A DNA stretch of 32,000 nt from Nanoarchaeum equitans Kin4-M (GTDB taxonomy: Archaea; Nanobdellota; Nanobdellia; Nanobdellales; Nanoarchaeaceae). Positions within the stretch are counted from its first letter, which is position 1; every line of letters starts with the position of its first letter. The translations under genes were made by a program, and so were the position numbers. The notes under the pieces were generated by a model. It had not been told where the DNA came from. It did no database searches and saw nothing but the letters and a program-made list of their open reading frames with translations. The stretch covers positions 30,001-62,000 of the forward strand of contig AE017199.1 of the NCBI GenBank assembly GCA_000008085.1. The letters are read 5' to 3'. Below are positions 16,935-25,824 of this stretch, piece after piece.

Positions 16935-16974
16935 AGAAGACTCATCATTAATCAGTTGTCCTCGACTTCTTCAT
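16926..16974 (-). ncRNA. C/D-box sRNA B, overlapping the 3' ends of both flanking CDSs
   Basis: Minus strand: ATGAAGA - AGTCGAGGACAA - CTGA - TTA - ATGATGA - GTCTTCTCTACT - CTGA. Spacing identical to the other two sRNAs. Confidence 0.82.
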
Positions 16975-18219
16975 TAATATTACATTCTCTATATGGGGAG
17001 TATTAGGAAACATATCTAAAGGTTGCATGTCAATTATTTTATAACCTTTCAATTTATTTATATCTCTTTTTTGAGTATAAGGATTGCATGAAACATAAAC
17101 TATAGTATCGGGGTTTATTTTTTCGATATACTCTATAGCCTTATTTGTTAAACCTGCTCTTGGTGGGTCTACAATTATTTTGTTAGCCTTTATTATTGGA
17201 GCTTTTTCGACAGGCGAAGCAATAAATTCTGCATCTATATTGTTTATAGAGGCATTTAGTTTGGCCATCTCTACAGCTTCTTCCACAATTTCTATACCAA
17301 TTACTTTCTTAACTTCATTAGCTATTTGCAATGAAAACAATCCAACCCCGCTATACAAATCTAAAACAACATCATTTTCAGAGGGTTCTAAAAATTCCTT
17401 TACTATTTTTACTAAGTTTACAGCTTGGTAGGAATTAGTTTGAAAAAAGCTATTAGGCGATATGTAATATTCTATATCCAATATTCGTTCTCTCAAAAAT
17501 TTGCTTCCATAATAATGGTAAAGTTTTTCGCTTATTGATACATCTCCTAAATCCTCTCTAATTCCCCAATATACTGAAGTAACCAAATCTTTTATGTTTT
17601 CGATAAAATCCCACAATTCCTCAAATTTCTTTCTTTTATATGTTATTATATGGATCATCCTTTCTTTAGTAAATTTGCCCTCCCTTATCACTAAATATCT
17701 AAGAAAACCTGTGTGCTTAACTGTGTCCCAACTAGGTATTTTGTATTTTTCTATGAATTTGTTAAACTCATTTATTATTATTTCTGCTTCTTTTGAAAGC
17801 ATTTTGCATTCTTTTATTGGAATATAACCATACCATTTGCCAGGCTCTTTTAAGGAAACCTTATTATATATAGGGTAATCCATCCTATTTCGATAATAGA
17901 TAGTTTTTGGCGAAGGAATAATATCTTTATCATAGCCAAACAAATTTTCTATAACTTTTTTCTTAAATTCCAATTGGTATTGGTAATCCATTAATCCCCA
18001 TAGACAACCACCACATTTTCCTAAATGGGCACAATATTTATTGGATGTCCTATAAGGGCTTTCCTCAATTATTTTTACTATTTCCCCAATTTTCTTTTTC
18101 CCTTTCCTTCTAACTTTTACCTCTACTATATCTCCAGGGTAAGCAAATGGAACATGTATATTATTGCCCACTCCATAGCCTTTCTCGTCAAACCCCTCTA
18201 TATATATTTTCATAGCCAT
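16948..18219 (-). CDS. RNA (uracil-5-)-methyltransferase, TrmA/RlmD family, with TRAM domain
   Basis: GFDEKGYGVG TRAM start, CAHLGKCGGC, FFQTNSYQAVNLV, DVVLDLYSGVGLFS, IIVDPPRAGL, VYVSCNPYT. Start ATG 18219 or 18213; the track extension to 18291 is not family-like. Confidence 0.92.
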   Translation of the reverse strand: MAMKIYIEGFDEKGYGVGNNIHVPFAYPGDIVEVKVRRKGKKKIGEIVKIIEESPYRTSNKYCAHLGKCGGCLWGLMDYQYQLEFKKKVIENLFGYDKDIIPSPKTIYYRNRMDYPIYNKVSLKEPGKWYGYIPIKECKMLSKEAEIIINEFNKFIEKYKIPSWDTVKHTGFLRYLVIREGKFTKERMIHIITYKRKKFEELWDFIENIKDLVTSVYWGIREDLGDVSISEKLYHYYGSKFLRERILDIEYYISPNSFFQTNSYQAVNLVKIVKEFLEPSENDVVLDLYSGVGLFSLQIANEVKKVIGIEIVEEAVEMAKLNASINNIDAEFIASPVEKAPIIKANKIIVDPPRAGLTNKAIEYIEKINPDTIVYVSCNPYTQKRDINKLKGYKIIDMQPLDMFPNTPHIENVILMKKSRTTD

Positions 18220-18301
18220 AGGAATAACATACCAATATTTAAAGAAAGTACTATCAAATAGGAAATACAAAAATTTATATTTTGTGAACATCTAGATATC
18301 T

Positions 18302-18574
18302 ATGACAGTATACATAAAACCAGAGATTAATTACAAAAAACCTATTGTATTGGATGATTTCTATTTTTTCGATAGACCTTATTCTGCTTTAGAAAAGAAA
18401 AAGCTATTCTTTGTTCCCACTGTCTATAGAATAGACCTTGTAAAACCAATGTCTATATATTATAGCACTACTAACAAAGAGAGCAGTAATGGCAAAGATA
18501 TACCATGGATTTGGATTCTCAACTTCTATCAATATTATTTTTCTAAGCACAGCGATAAAAGCGGCTTCAACTAA
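18302..18574 (+). CDS. small hypothetical protein (tentative)
   Basis: 90-aa ORF. Its 3' half is antisense to the PsiE-like gene. Confidence 0.35.
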   Translation: MTVYIKPEINYKKPIVLDDFYFFDRPYSALEKKKLFFVPTVYRIDLVKPMSIYYSTTNKESSNGKDIPWIWILNFYQYYFSKHSDKSGFN

Positions 18575-18814
18575 GGCATCTAAATACAAATCTTGATTTT
18601 TTATGTATATCAAAACCGTTCTCAAAAGCTCTATTAAAACTAAAACTAATAGAATGTCTCCAAGCATGTTTTTTATGTTTACTGCTTCGTATCTTGAAAA
18701 CGGGTTAGTATACAACAAAAATGCTATATAATAAAGCAGTTTAAATATTATTAGGATTATTAGAATAGACAATATCGCGGCGAGCAAAAGCTTGAAATAT
18801 TTTAATATGTCCAT
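18404..18814 (-). CDS. PsiE-like membrane protein
   Basis: NMLGDILLVLVLIELLRTVLIYIKNQDLYLDALVEAAFIAVLRKIILIE matches the phosphate-starvation-inducible PsiE pattern. Confidence 0.75.
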   Translation of the reverse strand: MDILKYFKLLLAAILSILIILIIFKLLYYIAFLLYTNPFSRYEAVNIKNMLGDILLVLVLIELLRTVLIYIKNQDLYLDALVEAAFIAVLRKIILIEVENPNPWYIFAITALFVSSAIIYRHWFYKVYSIDSGNKE

Positions 18815-18852
18815 TAATATAAAATCTTTAAACTATTAAAAATTGCTAAAGA

Positions 18853-20226
18853 GTGCTATACTTATACAACACATTAACTTCGAGAAAAGAGGCATTTATT
18901 CCATTGGAAGAGCCATTCGTAAAAATGTATACCTGTGGGGTTACTCCTTATGATAAAGCACATGTGGGACATTTAAGAACTTATTTAGTTACGGATTTGT
19001 TAAGAAGAATACTAAGATTTTTGGGCTATTATGATATAGCAGTAACCAATTTTACAGATATAGATGATAAAATAATAAAAAAATCGCAAGAATTAAATAA
19101 AGATTGGAAGGAAATTGTTGAAGAAAACATTAAATATGTGTTCGATGTTCTAAAAGAACTAAAAGTTTTGCCCTTCTACGTTTATCCAAGGGTTACTTAC
19201 CATATAGATGATATAGCTAATGCGGTTAAATCTTTATTAGATAGGGGTTATGCATACAAAGGAAAGTATAGCATTTATTTTGATGTAGATAAATATCCAT
19301 ATTATGGTCAATTATCCGGAATAAAAAGCAAAAAAGAATGGGAACAAGAAAAGCATTTATTAGAAGATAAGAAAAACCCATATGATTTTGCTTTATGGAA
19401 ATTTAAACAACCAGGCGAACCATATTGGAATACTATTGTAGGGGAAGGTAGACCTGGTTGGCATATAGAATGTTCTGTTATGTCTTCCAAATATTTAGGA
19501 GAAAGATTTGATATCCATTTGGGGGGAAGTGATTTGATATTTCCACATCATGAAAATGAAATAGCGCAAAGCGAAACCTTATATAATGTGCATCCATGGG
19601 TTAGATATTGGGTCCATATTGGGATGGTTCAAATAAATGGAGAAAAAATGTCTAAAAGTTTAGGAAATATAATTGAGGCTAAAGAATTTATCAAAAAGTA
19701 CAAACCCGAATTTGTAAGGTTTTTCCTATTGTCTACCCATTATAGGAAACCATTGGATATTAGCGAAGAAAATATAGAGCAAGCTCAAACTATTTACAAA
19801 AAATTGACCGATGCTTACAATACCGCTAAAAGTATTGTTGAAAACGAAGTTTCCTATAGGTTTGACAAAGATGTAAGAATTATATTAGATTATTATAGAG
19901 AGATGATTAAAGCGTTTTTAGATGATATGAATACGCCAACAGCAATAGCGAGCCTAAACAAAATAGTTTCCATTTTTAATCAAAATCCAGAATACCCTAT
20001 AGCTTATTTAACATTGAGGGCATTCGAAGATTTCAATAGAATAATGAATGTGTGGTTTGAAAAACCAATAGATTTAGATATAATTAACGAAATAATAGAG
20101 ATTAGAAACATGTTAAGAAGAGAAAAGCAATATGAATTGGCAGACAAAATAAGAGATATATTACAAAAGAAAGGTATAAAAATTAAAGATTACAAAGATA
20201 AAACCGTCTGGTATGCCGATATTTAA
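18853..20226 (+). CDS. cysS: cysteinyl-tRNA synthetase
   Basis: [62 protein letters not shown] start. Confidence 0.97.
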
Positions 20227-21247
20227 AAATAGATTCGTCTTTAGCGAAGCGTATGTACCATCTAAAATATTACATAGAGATGACGAAATATCTTTGATAT
20301 ATACTGCAATTTCCCCAATAAAACAAGGAGAAAAACCATTAAACATATTTATTTATGGGCAAACCGGCACAGGAAAAACATTAGTTACCAAATATGTTTT
20401 ATCAAAAATAGGAGATTACATATATATTAATTGCAAGTTTGCTGGCATAACAAAAAGGATAGAAAGCTTTATTAGGGAATTCTCTTTACAATTAGGCCAA
20501 GATTTTTATGATTTGACCGATGTTATACAATATATAAGAGATAAAAAATTAATAATTGTGTTTGATGAGGTTGACCAACTATCAAAAGATTTGGGAGACG
20601 AAATATTATATACTTTTACGAGAGCCCCAGGAAATATTGGAATTATAGGTATTTCAAACAATATATTTTTTGTTGATAGGCTCGATCCAAGGGTTAGATC
20701 TTCTTTAAGCGAATTAGAGATATTATTCAAACCATACAATGCTTTGCAATTAAGAGATATATTATTGGAAAGAGCCAAAGAGGGATTATACGAAAATAGT
20801 TATGATTTGGCAGCGATATCATACATAGCAGCAGTCACTGCCAGGGAATACGGCGATGCTAGGAGAGCAATTAATTTATTAAGATTGGCCGGAGAAATTG
20901 CGGAGCGTAAAGGTAAAAATAAAATAGAATTGGAAGATGCAAAAGAAGCTATAGAATTGGAAGAGAAAGATAAAGTAAAATTCGTTATTGAATCTTTGCC
21001 TTTGCAATCCAAATTAGTATTAAAATCTATTGCTGAACTAAAAGACACAACATTGGGAAAAGCTTATGAACTATATTATAGAAAAAGCTTAGAAAAAAGT
21101 GTTACTCCCATTACATTTAGAAGGTTTGTAGAAATAGTAAACGATTTAGAAACTTTAGGATTAGTATCAATTGATTTTGCTTTATTAAATGGGAAAAGAG
21201 TTAGAAAGGTAAAAACCTTTATTAGTCCGAAAATTATTGATCTATAA
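20213..21247 (+). CDS. cdc6: Orc1/Cdc6 replication initiator
   Basis: [13 protein letters not shown] Walker [12 protein letters not shown] Walker B, IGISNNI...[11 protein letters not shown] sensor region, C-terminal winged helix. Confidence 0.95.
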
Positions 21248-21779
21248 GGCAGGCCTTTTTGTAATAATGGATTGTCGCATTTGATAAATTATAAACAAAA
21301 CATTTTTCTTTTGTAATAATAGTGCCATTCATTATGCCTTCAAATTGGTTTTCTGTTACTTTTATATCGTTTTTGGATAGCAATTTGTTTACATAGAATA
21401 TCATTTCATACAAATTCCAACCGAATTGCAGTTTTTTAGAAGTGTTTTTTTCTAAATTGGTTATTTTCGCTTCCGCTTTATTGGAAATTTGCCCTTTTAT
21501 ATGGAAGGAGCCTTTTTTTGTATATAAATAGCCATCGTAAACTATAGAGCCCAAAACATAGGAATAATTTAGTTTTAATGTATAATTTTCTTTTGTATCT
21601 TTATATTCTATATAACCTTTTTGATTTGTAATGGGATCGAAATATAACATATTAGTTTCTACATTGTTTTCCAATATTGTAGGAGCTTTCCCTTTTTTGT
21701 TAAATAATCTTAATCCAGCATAGAATGAAAGAACGAAAACTGAAATATAAAATAGAATTTTACCTCCTAGCCTTTTCAA
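21234..21779 (-). CDS. hypothetical membrane-anchored protein
   Basis: N-terminal TM helix [19 protein letters not shown]. Ends overlap cdc6 and rps12. Confidence 0.6.
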
Positions 21780-22191
21780 TTTTACCTTTTCTTAGCAATT
21801 CTAATGGTTGTCCATTAACTAGGTATACTTTATATCTTACTCCCGGTATGTCTCCCATAGATCTGCCTTGCCTACCTCTTATACCGACTATTAATACTTC
21901 GTCGTGCTCGTCAATAACTTTTATAGCCCCATCTCCAGGAGTAAACGCTGTTACTACTTTGCCATTCTTCTTTAGTTGTACTCTAACTACTTTAATTCTA
22001 CCGGAATTAGGCTGCCTTCTCTCTACATCGGTTTTCTCTAATACTATACCAGATGCCATTGGGGCCCCTTCTAATGGGTCATACTTCTCTTTTATTCTAA
22101 GCATCCTTCTTACATACCTATAGTCATTCCATCTAAATTTTTTCCTTATTTTTTTCAATTTCCTACCAGCGAATAACCCATTTGGTACCAC
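21760..22191 (-). CDS. rps12: 30S ribosomal protein uS12
   Basis: [52 protein letters not shown]...[14 protein letters not shown]. Confidence 0.95.
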
Positions 22192-22237
22192 TCATAAAGC
22201 ACATGAAATATTTTAAAAATCTATAATTGTCATCTTA

Positions 22238-24031
22238 ATGACTATAGTAGTACCTGATACCTCTGCGCTTATAGAAAAGGCTATATCTAAAATGATAAAA
22301 GAAAACAAAATCAAACCTTCAAAAATAGTTATACATAACGCTACTATCGCAGAATTGGAACATCAAGCCAATGAAAATAGAGAAATAGGTTATTTAGGAT
22401 TAGAAGAAATCGAAACTCTAAAAGAGATGGCCGACCAATATGGGTTTACTGTAGAGTTCCAAGGGGAAAGACCAAAAGCTGAAGAAATAATACTGGCAAA
22501 AAAAGGAGAGATAGATAATAAAATTAGAGAGTTGGCTAAACAATTGAATGCTATATTAATTACTGCAGATAGAACCCAATATTATGTAGCAAAGGTTTTA
22601 GGAATCCAGGCAATATTTTTAGAAAAGCCAAAAAGAGAAAAATTGTTGTTTGAGCAATATTTTGATGAAAATACTATGAGTGTACATTTAAAAGAGGGCT
22701 TGCCCCCATTGGCCAAAAAAGGAACTCCTGGTAAATGGGAGTTAGTTAGAATAACGGACAAACCTTTAACAAAAAACGATTTAGAAGAAATAATAAAAGA
22801 GATCGCTGAAGAAGCTGTTAGCAGAGAAGATTCTTATATAGATATTGAGGGCGAAAACATTTTAGTAGCACAAATAGGCAAATACAGAATTGTAGCGGTT
22901 AAACCTCCATTGAGTGATGCAATAGAAGTAACTATAGTAAGACCCGTTAAGAAACTATCCTTAGAAGATTATAAAATTAGAGAAGAATTATTAGAAAGGC
23001 TAAAAGAAAAAGCTCATGGTATTTTAATAGCTGGTGCCCCAGGTATGGGTAAAACCACATTCGCCCAGGCATTGGCTATGTTCTATGTAAAATTAAACAA
23101 AGTGGTAAAAACTATAGAATCCCCAAGAGATATGGATTTGGGAAAAGAAGTAACCCAATATTCTTTAACTCAAGGCAAAACCCGAGAAATATATGCTTTA
23201 CTATTATTAGCTAGACCTGATTATGTTTTGTTTGATGAAGTTAGAACAGAAAGAGATATCAAATTGTTTGCAGATTTAAGATTAGCAGGAATAGGAATGA
23301 TAGGAGTAATACATGCAAATAGAGCGATAGATGCTATACAAAGATTTATAGGAAAAATAGAATTGGGTGTAATCCCTCAAGTAGTTGACACTGTTATTTT
23401 TATAGATAAGGGCCAAATAGCCAAAGTATATACATTAGATATGGTTGTTAAAGTCCCTACTGGAATGAAGGAAGAAGATTTGGCGAGACCCGTAATAGAA
23501 GTTAGAGATCTATATACAGGCAAATTGGAATATGAAATTTATGTTTTTGGAGAGGAAACTGTTGTAATGCCCATACATGGCGAGCAAATGCCAAATGCTT
23601 TAGCGAGATTGGCAAAAATCGCTATAGAGAATGAAATAAAGAGATTTCTAAAAACAGATGTAAAAGTAGAAATAGAGTCCCCAAATAGAGTTACAGTTTA
23701 TGTTCCAAAAGGGTATAGAAAGAGACTAGTAGGAAAAAGGGGAAAAACAATTGAAAGCTTTGAAAAAATGTTGGGTGTAAGAATAACTGTAAAAGAGATA
23801 GGCGAAGAAGAGCCAGAGTTTAACATAAAGGAAACAAACAAATATCTAATAATAGAGTTACCCCCAGAATATTATAGAAGGGTTGTAACTATTCTAATCA
23901 ATGGAAGACCCTTTGTAGACGCTATAGTAGGGAAAGATGGAAAAATAAAAATCGCTAAAAATAGTGATTTAGGTAAAGTACTATACAATGCTCTAAAAGG
24001 TGGAGCAAAAATTGATATAGAGCTTAAATAA
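22238..24031 (+). CDS. PIN domain - PilT/VirB11-type ATPase - KH domain protein (archaeal PINA-like)
   Basis: N-terminal PIN (VVPDTSALIEKAI...ILITADRTQYYVAK), Walker A GAPGMGKTTFAQAL, DYVLFDEVRTERD, C-terminal KH (YVPKGYRKRLVGKRGKTIESFEK). Confidence 0.93.
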   Translation: MTIVVPDTSALIEKAISKMIKENKIKPSKIVIHNATIAELEHQANENREIGYLGLEEIETLKEMADQYGFTVEFQGERPKAEEIILAKKGEIDNKIRELAKQLNAILITADRTQYYVAKVLGIQAIFLEKPKREKLLFEQYFDENTMSVHLKEGLPPLAKKGTPGKWELVRITDKPLTKNDLEEIIKEIAEEAVSREDSYIDIEGENILVAQIGKYRIVAVKPPLSDAIEVTIVRPVKKLSLEDYKIREELLERLKEKAHGILIAGAPGMGKTTFAQALAMFYVKLNKVVKTIESPRDMDLGKEVTQYSLTQGKTREIYALLLLARPDYVLFDEVRTERDIKLFADLRLAGIGMIGVIHANRAIDAIQRFIGKIELGVIPQVVDTVIFIDKGQIAKVYTLDMVVKVPTGMKEEDLARPVIEVRDLYTGKLEYEIYVFGEETVVMPIHGEQMPNALARLAKIAIENEIKRFLKTDVKVEIESPNRVTVYVPKGYRKRLVGKRGKTIESFEKMLGVRITVKEIGEEEPEFNIKETNKYLIIELPPEYYRRVVTILINGRPFVDAIVGKDGKIKIAKNSDLGKVLYNALKGGAKIDIELK

Positions 24032-24080
24032 TCAGCCGGTTTGAGAATCTTCATCTCTCGGGCGGGGATAATTTCATCAT
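24032..24080 (-). ncRNA. C/D-box sRNA C, directly 3' of tRNA-Gly
   Basis: Minus strand: ATGATGA - AATTATCCCCGC - CCGA - GAG - ATGAAGA - TTCTCAAACCGG - CTGA. First A of box C is the tRNA discriminator. Confidence 0.88.
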
Positions 24081-24150
24081 GCGCCCGCCGGGATTCGAAC
24101 CCGGGTCACGGGCTTGGAAGGCCCGCATCCTACCACTAGACTACGGGCGC
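24080..24150 (-). tRNA. tRNA-Gly(UCC)
   Basis: GCGCCCG-TA-...-CGGGC CTTCCAA GCCCG-...-CCGGGTTCGAATCCCGG-CGGGCGC-A cloverleaf. Confidence 0.95.
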
Positions 24151-24169
24151 AGAGATAGAAATGAAAACT

Positions 24170-24179
24170 ATTTAAAAAT
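24170..24179 (-). promoter_or_regulatory. TATA box for tRNA-Gly/sRNA C
   Basis: TTTTTAAATA on the minus strand about 24-25 nt upstream of tRNA position 1 (24150). Confidence 0.55.
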
Positions 24180-24196
24180 ATTTGAAATTTATCTTA

Positions 24197-24736
24197 ATGG
24201 TTTGGCTGTATAAAATTTTAACAACCCTTGAAAAAAAGCTGTATAATAATATAAATAAATTGGAATATGCAGGCGCAAACGATATAAATAATATGGTTGC
24301 ATTGCAATACCAAACATCGGATATGGATTTAGAAGTTTATTTGAAAAAAGACAATTTTTATGCCGTTACTAAAAAGGGCTTAGATAAATCCACAATACTC
24401 AAAAAAATAGAATATACAAAACTATTTCCATTTTTTGACAATAGAACGCCATTAGAAAGAGAAATAGAATTGGCCGATTGGGTAAAAGAAATGATAGTAA
24501 ACAGGTTTTTATATAACATTAGAACCGATACAATGGGGATTAGAAATGAAGACGATTTAATAATAGCGTACAAAGCCGGCAAATTCGTTTTACCAATCTA
24601 TTTTCAATTATATATAAGACCAACGGATGAAGGTTATAAAGAGATTAGAGAACTTTTAGAAAAAAACGGATTGAAAAGGGGAAAATATAGGGTAATACCC
24701 ATGCCATTATTAAAATTTTTAAAAGAGAGAGAATAA
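24197..24736 (+). CDS. hypothetical protein
   Basis: Intact ORF. ATG at 24197 (MVWLYKILTTLEKK...) preferred over TTG 24182. Confidence 0.65.
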   Translation: MVWLYKILTTLEKKLYNNINKLEYAGANDINNMVALQYQTSDMDLEVYLKKDNFYAVTKKGLDKSTILKKIEYTKLFPFFDNRTPLEREIELADWVKEMIVNRFLYNIRTDTMGIRNEDDLIIAYKAGKFVLPIYFQLYIRPTDEGYKEIRELLEKNGLKRGKYRVIPMPLLKFLKERE

Positions 24737-25813
24737 CTATTTTGCCGCCGTGCCCGAGCGGCCAAAGGGGTCGGGCTGCAGACCCGATGGTCGGGGGTTC
24801 GAATCCCCCCGGCGGCTTAGCATTAGTATAATAACAGTTAGCCCAATAAGAAAGCTTAGAAAAGCGCCTTCCAATTGGAACACTTTAATAAAATATAGAG
24901 AGCTTAACAAAGTTGCTATAATCCCTATTAATAAAGTTTTTATCTTTAGCTTTAGGAATTCTATGGCATATATATAGCCAAAATACGCTCTTACAATAAC
25001 TAAAAATACTACATAAATTAAGTAGGGCAATACTATTTTGTATTTGGGATTAATCAAAGAAAAAGCTATATCTATTATTGGAGGTGCAAAGAGATAAAAT
25101 AGTATAGATACTATTAGGGGTAAAAGCAACAAATCAACTATTGGGTTTTTGTTTTTCACTCTATGCAAAAATATATCGGTACTTGAAGACACATGTAACA
25201 CTACTGAAGAAAACCCCAAAACTAAACTGTATATCGCCGCTTCTTTTTTTAGGTTATTCAATAATAAAACTGCTTGTGGTATCAAAGGTAAAACCATCAT
25301 TAACAAAACTATTATATGGGTTTTTTCTAAAAAACAAACTTTTGGTTTTCCAACAATTAAATAATAAAAGGGGGCTAAACTAACAAAATAGGCTAAAAAA
25401 ATATTTATATCCTTGGTTAGCAAAAAAATTAGCAAACTTATAATAGAGAATAGTAAAAGCTTATGGAATTGCGATTTTTTAATTAATAGGGTTCTCCCGA
25501 TTGTTAAGGAGATTTGGGCTATAAAGAATACCAAACCAACTGTGGCCCATTTCTCTATAAAGGACAAAATTAGAAATATTATAGTTCCAGCAATTAAATA
25601 AAATCTAATGCATTCCAATTTATTATTTTGATGCCAAAGATTTATGCTTCCTTCGTAAGAAAATATTAATCCCGCTTTAGCACCAAGAGCTTTGAAAAAA
25701 GAGATTACTCCATATATATTAGGAGGAAATTCCTTAATTAATAATAAAGTGACGAAAGCGTTTAATAAATAACTAATCATAAAAGATAGTCTATCATAAA
25801 TAAAGTCTTTCAT
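24737..25813 (-). CDS. multi-spanning membrane protein, flippase/polysaccharide-export (Wzx/MATE)-like
   Basis: About 10-12 hydrophobic segments. ORF has no stop before 24737, so its C-terminus runs antisense through tRNA-Cys. Confidence 0.65.
   Translation of the reverse strand: MKDFIYDRLSFMISYLLNAFVTLLLIKEFPPNIYGVISFFKALGAKAGLIFSYEGSINLWHQNNKLECIRFYLIAGTIIFLILSFIEKWATVGLVFFIAQISLTIGRTLLIKKSQFHKLLLFSIISLLIFLLTKDINIFLAYFVSLAPFYYLIVGKPKVCFLEKTHIIVLLMMVLPLIPQAVLLLNNLKKEAAIYSLVLGFSSVVLHVSSSTDIFLHRVKNKNPIVDLLLLPLIVSILFYLFAPPIIDIAFSLINPKYKIVLPYLIYVVFLVIVRAYFGYIYAIEFLKLKIKTLLIGIIATLLSSLYFIKVFQLEGAFLSFLIGLTVIILMLSRRGDSNPRPSGLQPDPFGRSGTAAK
24744..24817 (+). tRNA. tRNA-Cys(GCA)
   Basis: GCCGCCG-TG-CCCG...-TCGGG CTGCAGA CCCGA-TGGTC-GGGGG TTCGAAT CCCCC-CGGCGGC-T cloverleaf. 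Confidence 0.95.
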
Positions 25814-25824
25814 TAGATTTTTGA

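Noticed and set aside
19308-21048. Minus-strand ORFs 19308, 20161, 20506 and 20800 within cysS and cdc6
   Set aside because: Shadow ORFs opposite strongly supported conserved genes.
20213-21247. Replication origin next to cdc6
   Set aside because: Cdc6 overlaps cysS upstream and a convergent gene downstream. No ORB-like inverted repeats or AT-rich non-coding unwinding element seen.
21725-22123. 132-aa plus-strand ORF
   Set aside because: Lies antisense to the uS12 gene and has no recognisable motifs.
24737-25601. Plus-strand ORFs 24750..24977, 25141..25383, 25149..25364 and 25413..25601
   Set aside because: Opposite the long membrane-protein ORF, with no motifs. The first is a translation of tRNA-Cys sequence.
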